In this document: one piece after another, positions 12,231 through 25,478 of the stretch
How the letters are laid out: each line of letters opens with the position of its first letter
Numbering within the stretch: the stretch's first letter is position 1
Assembly: GCA_013239625.1 (NCBI GenBank)
Contig: MU053482.1
Location: 2,269,168 to 2,333,167 of the forward strand
Direction: 5' to 3'
DNA: 64,000 nt
Source of the DNA: Lama guanicoe
Taxonomy: Eukaryota
Made by a program: the position numbers and the translations under genes
Notes under the pieces: generated by a model
Database searches by the model: none
What the model saw: the letters and a program-made list of their open reading frames with translations, nothing else
What the model was told of the DNA's origin: nothing

Positions 12231-15200
12231 AACCACTGAGATAGAGGTGACGTAATCTCTAACATAAAGGAAATAGCTGAAGCCCTGGGAATAGCTGAGA
12301 TCCCACAGGAAGAGAGCAAGCAAAAAAAAAAAAGGAATAATAAAACGTGCTTCTTAATGTTGTTGCAAGGGTTAAATGAGATGACATTTGTACCCCTTAG
12401 AAACACACAGGTCACAGAGTCGGCACTCAATCAAAGAAACCTATTAAGGATAATTCTTCAACAAGATAGTATTGTAGAAAAGGGACTGACTGAATTAGAT
12501 AAAAAACAGTTCAAGGGACATAACAACCAGATATAGTGTGTGGTTACAAGTTCGATGTTGGTATGGAAATACGATAGGATACTCAGGGGTCAATGAGGAA
12601 ATCTGAAGATATGGCTGGGTATTAGTTAAAATAAAAATTTACTGAACAGGAGAAGTGGAGATAATTAAATAATAAGATAGAATGAAATACACTATGTATA
12701 CTATGATCTTGTTTTGGTTAAAAAAAAACAATACGAATGTGTACACAGATTATGCTTAGAGAAAGATCCAGATAGAAGAGGCTGCACTAAGATATTAACA
12801 GTCGTGATCTGTAGGGTGTTGGGAAAGTGAAGCTTTTAATTTTTTTAAAATGTACTACAATGCACATATTATATTTTTTAAAGAACCAATTTAAAGTTGA
12901 AGATAAAGATAATTTCGTATTTTGTAGTTTTCTATTAAAGGAGCCCACAGACAGAAAGAAAGCAGAGCAAATCTCAGACAATTACAAGCTGGCTCCAGAT
13001 AACAAGCAAAGGATGAGAAAACTACCTCACTCCGGACAGCAATCCAAAAGCTCAATAAAATACTCTTCAGCATCTGTCTCCTTTTGTTCTGAGCAGCTGC
13101 CTTTCCAAATGATGGGAAGATTAAGCATGATTGCCTCCCTCTCATTTGTGTCATTCGTTCTAAGAAAACAAGCCACCATGCCCCTCCTAGCATCCCTAAA
13201 GAGCCAACCACACAGGCAGACGAGCCTGAGAAATACTGAACACCGCCTACCCTGTATCCGCACTGCAGGCAAAGCAACTTTCAGAGGAAGGCGGAAAGAC
13301 ACCATGGAGAAGGCCCTTTTTTGGGATTACGCAGGCAGGGGAAATTCTTCTGGAAAGAGTTCAAACTTAAAGGTTTCATCAGGAAGTGCTGTCCTCAATG
13401 GAACTTCCCAAACTTAAAGCAAAGAAGCTAATTTTCATTTCTCTTAAATTCAAAGATGAGGCTGGGGACAGAGGGCAGGGGGCGGGGGGAGGGCCCAGTG
13501 TGGGCGGAACAACTAAAGGGGGACACACTACTGCTGACAACTCTCTCCTCTTGGCCAGGAATCCCAGCAAACTGGAAGCTGCCACCTGGCAAATTCCAGT
13601 CAACCAGTTGAGGATCCTCACCAATTCTTACTTTTCTTCAAAACTGCCTCAGCATTCAGGATATTGCCTGTTACACAGCAAACATTCAACAACTGAGTGC
13701 AAGCGTTAGTGAATAGCCTGAACTGAGGGTTTATGGACTAAGCTATATAACCTTGAGCAATTAAAGACTTAATGCAAAATAGAACCAAATGTTAATATTT
13801 CCATATTAGAAACATTTGATGCAACATGATCAAAAGATTAAAGCTCTAATACTCAGCACAGTATCTGGTGTTTAACAGGTTCTGCTTAATAAATATTTGT
13901 TAAATGTTGAATGCTCCAGGATTTTTTTCTGCAACCCGAACTCTCATATCCAGTATGAGATATTTTTTGAAGGTCTGTGTTCTCACTTTTTTGCTGACTT
14001 TTAAAGTTTTTCCTTAGAGATGGAAAAGGATTCCTGAGGATGGAAAGAACTTTTAAAGTATCATATCCTGTGCCAATTCACTGGCCTGGTAAGGACTGTA
14101 CCAATCTCATCAGCTCTGGTTGAAAATCTATGTGGACTACATGAACGAGCCTGGGCTTTAGCACAACCCATCCACCCAAAGCATCCGTGGGCCTAGGAGG
14201 CTGGTCTTACTTCCATTGGCCTCCTGTGTCCTAAAAAAAAAATAGTGCAAGGTTGGGGTCCCTGGATGCCTGACTCCTCAGCCACAATACAGCTCCTCTG
14301 ACAGAGAGGTCCAGGCCCTCTCTGGGAAGCTGCTCCCATTCACTGTCCATCTGCCCCTTCCGGGCCCCCTACCCTTCATCACTATCTTCAAACAAGTATC
14401 ATATTATCTTCTATCCCTACTTTCCTAAGCTGTCCTGGCTTCCTTAAGAGAAATTATCATTTAGATACTAAAATGTCAATTACAACCACATACAGAATTA
14501 AGGTAAAATACCAGTTCTCTAGGCTTCTTATTCCCAAACTGAGTAAACACATCTTTCCAAAGAATTACATGTCATTTTCAAAAACCACCACAAACTTCCA
14601 AAAACAAAATACAAATTGAAATGCTACTAGGCCTAAAACTACCTTAAGACCTAGATTGGGTCTTCCTAACTCCTCCAAGACTCCAGATTCTTCCCCAATT
14701 CCAATCCATTTTCTATACTATCTCACCTTCACTGGAGAGAAAAGACAGAACAAGATTTAAAGCATTTTCACATGCCTCCCTGTCATTATGAATTTAAAGT
14801 CTTCAAGATAACATTCAAGATCCTCCAGGAACTGGTCTTCACCTTATCCAGCTTACTATATCTCCCATGGATCTCTCACATAAACCTGCTGATTCAATTA
14901 CGATGGCCTAATTTCCTTCCCAATTTCTATCCCACACAAGCCAATATCATTACATAGAGGAAAGAGAACTGACCTAGGAATCAAAATACCTGTTTCCAGA
15001 CGTGATTTTGACATAAACTATTTGTGTGCATTTGGACAAGTCCTTTGCCTCGCTGGGCTGTTTCCCCATCTATAAACAAAAAAATTGAACCAGATCGTCT
15101 TAATAGTCCTTCCAGATTAAAAAAAAATTACGCTACAATTCCTATATGACCAACCAAATCCACCTCTCTTCCAAAGTGCACAAGTCCTCCGTGAATCTTC

Positions 15201-18200
15201 TCCAAGCACTCCACTGCACACCACTCTCCCCCTTCTCTGAACTCCTATGTCTGGAATGCAAAACAAATCAAACAGTGCATTCATTCAACTAAGGTTTTCT
15301 GAGCATTTTCTTGGCCAGATATTACGGCAAAGCCTTGGTAATAAATACAAAACCAAGTAAGACTCAGACCTGTATATATCACCTGCTTATCCCCTTCCTC
15401 TCCACTATTTTTATCCAAGTAGTCATGTTAAACGTGAACATGAATGCATATGACATCATTTATTCATTTAACAAATATTTAAAGAAAACTTTCCATGTCC
15501 TGTTCTAAAAAGTAAAGATACCAGTAAACAGATGGACCAACTCCCTAACCTCATGGAGTCTGTTTATTTTGTAAAAGCAGACAGGAAAAACACACAAATA
15601 TGTAATGTAACTTTAGAGAGAAAAACAAAGCAAGGATTAAAGACTAAGAGTCATTTACATAGGACGGTCAGAGAAAGCCTCCCCAAGGAGGTGCATCTGA
15701 GCCGACACCTGAATGAAGTGAGGGTATAAACTAGCAATATTCAAGAAAAGCATCCCAGGTACCAAGGTTCTGAGACAGAAGAGGTGGGGAGGAAGAAGGA
15801 GAGCAGGTGGAGGGCAAGGGGTTAGAGCACATAAGGACTTCGTAGTAAATTGAATTCTCTAAGTGTGATGGTTGGGATTCCTCATGAGGGCTAAAGTAGG
15901 GGATGAACACAATACTTTGTTTGCTATGTGGAGAAGGGACGGGGTAGAGGAGTCAGGACCAGTTACAAGGCCAAAAAGAAACCAGTTAAAAGCTTGGCAT
16001 CTAGTCTCCAACTAAGTTCACATCTTGACTCTTCAGTTTATGAGTTGTGTACCTCAGTTTCTACAACTTTTAGTGAGGATAATAGTTTAATCTTCAGACT
16101 ATTCAGTAGGTACTAACACACGTAGAGCCTTTAGAACAGTCTGGCACAAGGTAAACACTCCATGAACGCTAGTACTTTAAAGCCATGGGATGGTCAAACA
16201 AAGGTGCAGATAGAGAAGAAAAGGGGGCTGAAGCCTGAGCCTGGGGCACTCCAACATCCCAAGGTCTCCATTCAACCCAAGACTTTTCCATAAGCCTGCA
16301 TGTCCTAAGCCTTGTCTGGAGCCCCAAGCCCCCTGTATGTGACTCACAATTTACAGCTTCCTAACTTAATACTTTAAATAGTTCTTTAGGCAACAATTAC
16401 ATGTTCTAAGTTCAGGGTTTTGGGGTTGTGTTTTGTTTTTTTTCACATACTTGTATATTCACCACCATGCTTGGCATAGAGTTAGACACATACTAGGGTG
16501 TTCGCAACTCACTTGTGGATATGTCATGTAAATTAAAAATTGTTAAGTCAGTGTACTGTACTTTCTCTTAAGGCAAAAAAACCCCACAAAAAACAAATAA
16601 ACAAACAAACAAAAAACCCCATCATCTTCTTCTTCCAGGATTGATGTGGATGATATCTTATCCTATCATCCATCAGGCCCACCCTGTCAGAGATAGTTAA
16701 AATGGCCAAAGCACCTGCCATGCTGTTTTCCCTTCTGACTTCCAATCCTTATGCTTTGTGTATAAACTTTTCTGTCTCTTCTTTCCTGGAGACTTGTCTA
16801 GGTGTAAAAGCCTTTCATATCTGACAATGTCATACACAGCTCCCCTACTCCCCAGTCCTATAGCCCTAAAAAAAAACTGGACACTGAAGCCAAAATATTC
16901 CTTTAAAAAAAAAAACACCTAGGGAAAAACAGCAGCATCAAAACTTAGGAGAAAAAGAGGGAAAGAAAATGGGCATAAGCCAAATATATATCTAGAGAAT
17001 CATCCAGGAGGGCTCCTCCCATCAACGTACAAGTCACAGCCTTCAGCAAGTTACTGTGAGGACTTATAAAATGACCTCAAGTGGTAAGAGTTTCTAACAG
17101 AACAAAGATGCAAGTCAGTGAGGGTAAAAAAGGAGTTCTAAGAGTTTATTTCTTTACTCAATTTCCACAGAACTGTACGCCCTTCTGTTTTTCTTCCCTG
17201 TCCCACCCACCTATCCTCCCCACACTCCCAGCCCTGGTGATAACCACAGAAAATAATGCTGACCTACCAGGGCCAGCTCTTGATGTGGCTTCAACCAAGT
17301 GTGAGCCTCAGACCCTGAGATCTGTCCCTGGCCCCCCAGGAACCAGAAACAGTGACGAGGACATGGGAATTAGGTAGGCGACTTGAATGTGGGCAGAGCT
17401 GAGCACATGAAACTGCTCCCAAACTGGCTTTCTTGCTCATATCTAAACCTGGAACAGACAAAAGGCTGCTAAATGTTGTTTTACGAATATCTTTCAGCAA
17501 AGCTATTTCTAAGTAATTTGGACCACTGAGCTACTTATGAGGGTTTTAAAATTGGTCCATCTGAAATAAGACAGAAAGTAGCCTCTGCCCATCTCCCATG
17601 ACTCTGCTATCACTTTCTGTATAAACACTTTGGTCCTAAATTCTATTCTAATTCAAGTCAGTGACCCGTCAAAACACAGATGTGGAGGAAAAACAGCAAA
17701 ACAAAACCCTCACAGCTGATATCTCTGATTAAATGGCCATTTAGGACTCAAATGAAATTCTGACCTTAAATCCCAGTTGTCCATGTTCTTCCTAACCCTT
17801 TGTAGCACTAAACGTTCATCTTTAAGCTAGTTTTCCTCATCCCTAGTTCTCTGTGTATAGATTCTAATGTCCACTAGGAAGCAAAAAGCTTTGATTCCCC
17901 TCTGATACTAGTACAAAATTTCAGGAGAAATTCCATTCCCTTTGGATCCCAGTGTCAGGATCACTCTGGTTTGTGCAGAAACCCTTGGGGTCTAACTACC
18001 TAAAATTCATCCCTGGCTCAAGTGGCAAGACCAGACTTCCAGGAAAAACATATCCAGGCAATCCTTACTACTAACCACAGGACACTTTATAACACAAGGG
18101 GTATTACACTAACTGGGATTCCCGCCAACAGTAAATATAATCTAACGTGACTAATAGCAAAAATAACTGACCAGGCCCCGTTCACTCACTAGAAAATATA

Positions 18201-21200
18201 TGCCCACATGTTGAGCCTTCTTACCAGGGGTCATCTCAGCACCTAGAGCAGAAGCCAGAGTGATGTATAAACAGCCACTTCCCCATAGCAGTACTCCAAT
18301 CAGGAGGTATCCCCAAATTACTTCTCCTCTAGTTTTTTAACTCTACTCACTCATTGATTCATCGAACACCTAATATTATGCATGTCCACTGAAGAAAAGC
18401 AATAAGATAACAAACAGATGCTTGAAAGCACTAGCCAGTGCTTTTTCCATAGCGGATATTCAATAATGCGGAACCCCAGAAAGAGCGTATGAATGACAGC
18501 AATACAGCATGCTTCCTTGAAGGCCAGCGTCTGACAAAATGCCCCAAGACATGGACTCCTTGATTAGAGGCTATTTCTCCTCCACTCTAGGCAGCCTTCG
18601 GGAAAGGGAAGAATGGGAGAAGAAGAAATACACAAATATCTATATTCAAACTTGCCTTTAGCTAAATTAACACCCAAGATGCCAACTTCACATCAAAGAA
18701 AGACCAAAAGCCACCAACACTTTTATTTGACTACTCAAAGTAGTTTCCAGAACACTGATAGATTCTCAACATATTCTAATCACTATGGCCCTCAATTGGT
18801 CCGTAAAAAGGGTTTTCTTTCCTATGCTATTAATAAAGGGTCAATCAGAATATTTCTATCATTTTTGCTTAGGTTTAAACAAATGATTCCCACACTTCTA
18901 GAAAGGCCTTAATTGGGCCAGTCTGTTACTTTTAGTGTAATCTTGCAAAGGCTGGATTCTTTTTAAGTCCTTAAAGGACTTGGGCAAAATTCTTCAGTGA
19001 TAATTTTTTTTTAAAGATCATCTCCAGAGTTTACATATGTTCCACAATTACTCATGCTGATAGGGGAGAAAAAAGCACATTTTATTTCCAAAGGCTCCTT
19101 CAATCTGAAAGCTCTAATTGCCAACATATCTGATATTGACTTCCTGAGTAAAACAACACACAAAACAAGTATAATCATAGGCCTTAAAAACAAGGCTTAA
19201 AACAGAGAAAGCTCAGCTTGTTTAGCCAGAGATGGGTACAGAAGGGACAATCTGTAATTTTAAAAGAAAGAAACACTAAAAGAAAACTTAGGCTAACTAC
19301 AAGGAGATAATCTGTGATCATTGGTCTGGAAAGCTCAAAAAACATTTCCTGGAGAGCTTGTGAAGTCTCTTGAGAAAGATCAACTCTCTTGAGAAAGATT
19401 TAAGGATATGTGGAGGTGGAATGGGTTAAAGTAGTCAAATAGGCCTACTATACTAGGAGATTACATCTGAATATCGAAAGGATATTCCAGTCTTATTTTT
19501 TTAAGCTTTTAGCAATCTTCGTAAATCTAAATCATTCCTTTAATAAATTACAGAAATGACAAATACTTACCAAACATAAAAACATTAACAAATATGTGAG
19601 CAATGAGCCAAAAATGCAACCAAATACCTCTAACATTTAAACAAGAGAACTGCCAAAGACTCTTTTTGAGACCCCAACTCTTAAAACTAACCTCAAGAGC
19701 ATTCTCACAGAAATCCATACCAAAGGATCACCAGTCAACTAACAGTAAGATGTGACATTCTCTACAGAAAATCCTAGATGGCTTTCCTTTCTCATCTATA
19801 ACCACAGGCTCCAGGTAAAACAAAAGGCTTTCAGGTGATATACAAAATGGGAGAAGGAACCATAGGACTAATCAGGGCATGAACTTCGGTTGGTCCTGGG
19901 GAATCACCCTGATCTAGAACTAGATAATGAGCTAAGAGATCCCTCAGACATCAAATTCCAGACACTTCTAAATAAATGACAAAGCTGGAATCTTAACCCG
20001 TATCTTTAGACTCTAAATCCCCTACACTGAGAGGTCACATTCCTCAGGGGTCCAAAACCCAAACTGAGTCATATCCTGACACATTTAGAGGTGCTGGTGA
20101 GAATTTCACATACCAAAGCCTCATTCAATAGGGCAAGCTCTCCAGTTAGAGACTCTTAAATGTAAAAATGGGTTTGAAGAACTGAGAACAAATTTTGGCT
20201 TTGCATTTTTTTTTGTAATTTTACAAAAAACAATGGCTGACTCTAACATTAATTAAAAGAAAATATCTCTAGCTGACAAACTTGATTTTCTGTCTGCTGC
20301 CCTTTTTTGTGTAACCTCCTGTTACCTGATATTCCTTGGTCCAAAAACCAAGTCTTCAGAGCACTGACACATCCAGAGGAAAAGGCTTAGAGAGTGCACA
20401 AGGAAGAGCAAGAAATCTAGATTGTATTCAAAGTGGGAGACAATTCTAGCAAAATGGCTCCACCCACTGCTGCCCTTCCTGAGCCCATTATCTGCAGAGA
20501 ATCATAGGGCATGGCTATAAACTTGGGTATTCAATGGCCCTGTAAACTCCCTGGCTGTACATACAAATAATACAATTAACTGGTAAGAAATGTGCTGGGT
20601 AGAAAGAGCTTTGCACATCTCTAACTCCTGGCTTTCCTATTCCTTCTTAATTCCACACAGTAATCCTCCAAATGCATCCTATTGCTCCTCCAGAACAAAA
20701 AGTGAAATAACTATACATCTTCTCTTAATTGGTCTTATTAACAAGAAAGGTAATCTTAATTTATTTTTACCTTGCTAATACCAAGTTTTAAAATTCACCA
20801 TTTTTAAGAAACAAGGGAATGTTGGGGGAAAAGGGCATCTCAACTCAAACAAGATTTTTAGGGCAGAAGCCTGAGTTTGGCAGCTCAACTTTGCCACTTA
20901 GGAAAGGCTCTTAAACAAATTACAACATTGATCCTGAAATGCTGTAATTTCAAGGGTAGTCAAGAAAGAAGAAACTTTTTGCCAAAGCACTGTAAACTTG
21001 TGGGGAACAGAAAGGACAAACCAGCAGCCGCACTGGTCCACAAAGACATTCCAGGTCAGCGTTCACCTGCCTGCACACAGCTCTTCTCTGAGATGCCAGG
21101 GGGGCGGGGGGAGCCTGGGGTCTGTGCAACTAGTTCTCACCCAGTGAAAGAAGCCACAGAAGAGTACGGGAAACGGGGCAGGAATTTACACACCCAGATA

Positions 21201-22958
21201 CCCTGGCTACATTCACTTTTTGTAACCTGCTAATTAAGAACTACATTTTGCATGTTACCTGAGGTAAGTGTGTCACATTCCTATACACATTAATCTTCTA
21301 AAAACATTGCTTTGCCCATTACTTCTTTTCTCAAAACTCGTTAAAAGCTAGACAGTGTTAGAGGATAAAATTCTAGCTCCAGAGCCAGAATTCAAGCTGA
21401 CCAGTCTGCATCCACTGAACCTGCCACTGCCCATTGTGGATTGCAGCAGTGGAAACACCAGCTTTAGAGTCGGACCACAGGGAGCTGGAATCCCAGCTCT
21501 ACCACTTACTACTTGTGTGATCCTGAACACGTCACTTATCTTTTTGATCATCTCTCTCTAAAACAAAAATCCCCTCTCTACAGAACAAGAACAGCAATAC
21601 CTACTTCACAGCACTAGAGGATGAAAGCAAGAATATGGCGTGTGGCGCAGAGTAGATGTTCAGTAAGCATTACTTTCCTTGCTAGCTCCAATCAAATGGT
21701 CTACTCTCTTCTCTTGAAAATTCTCCCCAGCACCTTTCCACTAATTTCAGAACCACACTTTGCCTCAAGGCCTAATTGAAATCCTTTCCCTTCCATGAAG
21801 CTACTCTGGCTCGTAATCATTTTCTCCTCTGAGCGTCTTTAATTATAATTCTAATATTCTAAGCCAACGGATCTGAAATTTTTATTCTTCTCTAATGTGT
21901 CACTCCTCGTCCCCCAACAAGTCCACAAACCCAATAGCAAAAATTTTTATCAATTATCAAGCCAATCACAATTTTAGTGTTCAATAAAAAAATACTTTGA
22001 AGATACAGTTGCCTTGGGGTTGTCTACCAAAAACGGTTGCCCTTCTGGCCCAATTAGGGGATAATACCTCTTCCCATATACACTCAAGCAAATTTTCCCC
22101 ATATCTTTGTGAGTTTTTCTAAGGGTAATACTTATTGGGTAAATGAAAATAAAGCCTTAATCCATGTAGTCACAGAGGAACTCTCAGCCAAGTCAGCAGA
22201 GTCCAGGAAGCCTTTACTTCACTCCATGCATTCAACAGGCTCTTTTCTGAGCTCTTGCTTTGTGATGGCCTCAACTCACCATGGGAGACAGACTATGAGC
22301 AATTTGGTCTTTACCTCTAATTAGCTTTCTGGAACCTAGACTATTTCTGACTCTTTAGAAACCTCTGTTTCTAAAAAACCTCATCAGTGAAGGGATTCAC
22401 CTTCTGAAAATATTACTTGGAACAAAAAGAAAACAGTCATACAGTCAGTTGGGTTTTAACCCTGTGGCCCTATCCTAAAATGGCCAGCTGAAGCATGTGC
22501 ACATAAGAGATAGCTCAAAACAGTCCTGGAGATGGGCTAATGACCTCTCCACCGTTCCCAAGACCCTGCTGTCCAAGCAGCAGAAACACCTGCATGAGGA
22601 TAAAAGCAAGAGCTGGACTAAGGCAGCATTAATGCAAACTCTCTCACTTAGTGCAGTTGTTTTACTCTTGTCCAAGTAATTATAAACCACGTTCTCGTAA
22701 AGATCCCAAGAAAATGCAAAACACTTTAGAAACACTTGAAAATGTTCAGTCTCTTGAATTCTACAATCTACTAAATTCTTTAATAAGGTAGCATAAACGT
22801 TGGCTAAAGTGTGTTCTTTTAGTCTTGGGTCACTTAAAAATACACCTTTAATACTTAGCGCACTTCAGAAGAAGGGCAAAAAAGGAAAGGTAATCATAAA
22901 CATAGTTTAATTTGTTTAAGTGATAGAGTACAAAGTTAATTTTCCTTTGTTTGAGAGG

Positions 22959-22994
22959 GTGTGTGTGTGTGTGTGTGTTTTCGTGTGTGTGTTT

Positions 22995-23028
<34 letters not shown>
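22959..23028. repeat. compound (GT)n microsatellite with tttc interruptions
   Basis: Directly visible. Confidence 0.97.
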
Positions 23029-23033
<5 letters not shown>

Positions 23034-23059
23034 TGAAGGAGCCCGCACACAAACCACCA

Positions 23060-23800
23060 CAGCGACAGGTAAGTGCTGCTGAGGAGCCTGGGAGCATCCA
23101 GGGGCTGGCACGCAGCTCACTCCCAGGACCGCCTGGGCTCCGGGCTCCTCTCCGAACTCCAAGGCTCTGCACTTCCCCAGACCCTAGTCTCCATGTTCCC
23201 CACCCCCAACCGCGCAGCCCCAGCAGAGCCGGAAAGTAGAGCTCGCCACGACCGCCCGGAGGGCAGCCCCCACCAGCCCCGCTCCTCTGCTCCGTCAGAG
23301 GCCCCCCAAGAGTCTGGCCGCCCGGACGCAAATACTCACAGAGCTGGAACACGGCCGGGGGCTAGGAATGGTGAATAGCGGGAAAAGGGGTAGGACTGCA
23401 GTGGCGGGGCAGGGCGCGGCAGGGGCAGAGCCGGAACCAGCGCCCCTCCAGCCCGCCACCCGGCCAGGAGCAAGGCACCGGGCATGCAAGCAACCTCTCG
23501 GCGGGAAGACGGGCAGGGAAAGCCGGGGCGGGGGGCCCGGACGCACTTACCTCTGCGCTCCCCAGCCAGACTGGGCGCTCGCACGGATGGAGGCTTGCCT
23601 GGAGCCGCGCAGACCGGAGGAGGAGCCGATCCGGTAGAGAAGGCGGTCGTCGGGCGGGCATCCGCGCCCGGGGCTGCGGCCGGGCTGGAAGGAGAGAGAA
23701 GGGAGGGAGCACAGATTTGAGTGGAGGGGGCGTGGAAGAGGTGTGCCTCCACCCGAGACAGAGAGGGTGGGCTGCTGGAGCCAGGAGGAGGGCTGTGCTC
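23060..23800 (-). promoter_or_regulatory. CpG-island promoter, probably an alternative DENND2B first exon
   Basis: GC- and CpG-rich with GC boxes. Consensus minus-strand donors GAG|GTAAGT (exon end 23551) and TCT|GTGAGT (exon end 23340). Confidence 0.7.
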
Positions 23801-25322
23801 TGAGGCTCTGGAAACCCTCACCTCGGCACCATCCGATCGAGGATTGTCTGAGTCTGGAGCAAAGCACAAGGGGGTCTGAAACTTTGTCATTTTCTCATAC
23901 ACACGTGACCCCCCTGCAATCCAGATGGTTTCAATCACTGGAGGAAAAAAGCGGCCCTGCTGGTATGCATGAAAAGACGGAGCTAGGAGAATCTGGGAAA
24001 AGCTGCCTGTACAGCCTGCCTGCCTTCAAACTAACCCATGAGCTCTTTTGGTTCTCCTAGCCCTAGGGTGGGGGAACCCTGCAAAACCCAAGAAGGCACA
24101 CTGAAAGGAGCCACATTTGGTATTGCAGCAGCAGCAGCAGAACTCTCAAAGCACCAGGGCTTTCTAGGCGCCTTGTATGAACCGAAAGTTCTAAGGAAGT
24201 TCTGAGAATTTGTTTTAAATACTCCACTCGCAAAGCCAAAAACTAGAAAAGGGTGTCATTAAAAAATAAGCAATGGAATACTAGCATTGAGAATCTGTGA
24301 TTTATTAAAGGAATTCTGAAAGAAATTGTTTACCTAGTATGACAACCCACTTGAAAAAGAATAATGCAAATCATTTAAAATCCAAACCCATACATACTTG
24401 GTGGGATGTTAGGAAGCCATGTAACCCAACTTCTCATCTCATAAATCACTATAAATAGAACTTGATGTTGAAATGCACAAAATTGACTTTTACAAACCTA
24501 GCTACATTTTGAAGGAACAAACATGTATGAATGACCATAAACAGACTCTAAGGCCAGGACATGTTTCAAAGCCCAAGTCAAGTCAATCCTCACATAACCT
24601 AAAGAAGTATTACTCAGCTGCAGGGCAAGCCTCAAAAATAATGGAGAGTTTAAGACACATCTTGGAAATAATTCAACTTGTTCATGATCGAACAGAAATA
24701 GTGGCAAGAACCAAACTGATATTCTATTGTTCCTTTGCCAGAAAATGATATTGAGTTACAAGTATTAACTCATTATCTCAATAATATTGGTGCTAAAGGG
24801 TATGTTTGGCCTTTCTAGCAAAAGGCCTTCCATACAGTGTGACATAGCTGTCTGTGTGTGAAAAATATGTCAATCTTTGGTACAGTGAATTTATTCTACA
24901 TTAGGAAAACCCAAGATTTCCACTTTTCTCTGGAAAACACAGGAAACAATTTGAAACTAGGCAAATCAAAACAAGTTTTACCCCAAACTTTAAATCTAAG
25001 TGAGTTTCTATTCTAGTTCACTGACATGCTTGAACCCTTCAGGAGACTTAGGCCATTTGGGTGGACTGAGCCTTCTCCCACCTTCTCCAAGCTCAAATTA
25101 TGGTAGAGAAGTTATGCAGAAGAATCCTCAGAAAACACAAGCTACAAAATTTAACAATGCTCCAGGCAAATGCCACCTGCAGCTCCCAAGCTCTGTATGG
25201 AGGTTCTTAAGTTTCTCGCTTCCAAAACTATTAAAACTTCTATTAAAGTTTTATTTTTCTTATGAGTGACACCTGTAAAGAAAGTCAACTCAACAGAAAG
25301 CATCAAGATTTTCTCCACTGGT

Positions 25323-25478
25323 GGGGAGGGTATAGCTCAAATGGTAGAGGGCATGCTTAGCAAGCATGAGGTCCTGGGTTCAATCTCCAGTACCCACTCT
25401 AAAAATAAATAATAAAACCTAATTACCTCCCCCTGAAAAATAATAAATACAATAACAAATAAATTAATTTTTTTAAAA
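25323..25478 (+). mobile_element. Vic-1-type camelid tRNA-derived SINE
   Basis: ggggagggtatagctcaaatggtagag (A box)...ggttcaatctcc (B box), aaataaa/cctaattacctcccc tail; TSD aagattttctcc at 25305-25316 and 25479-25490. Confidence 0.9.

Noticed and set aside
12827-13417. 196-aa plus-strand ORF
   Set aside because: GTG start, no recognisable domain, AT-rich repeat-like 5' part and no exon context; most likely a chance ORF.
19366-19399. 15-bp direct repeat tctcttgagaaagat x2 (also gataccgcta x2 at about 43961-43980)
   Set aside because: Only two copies with no array; an ordinary slippage micro-duplication, not CRISPR-like.
22848-24060. Many overlapping Pro/Arg/Gly-rich and HT/CV-repeat ORFs
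   Set aside because: Expected stop-codon depletion in a CpG island and a GT microsatellite.
25323-25395. tRNA-Ala-like sequences (also at 28240, 28880 and 33646)
   Set aside because: They have SINE tails and mostly TSDs, with degenerate cloverleaves; SINE heads, not tRNA genes.
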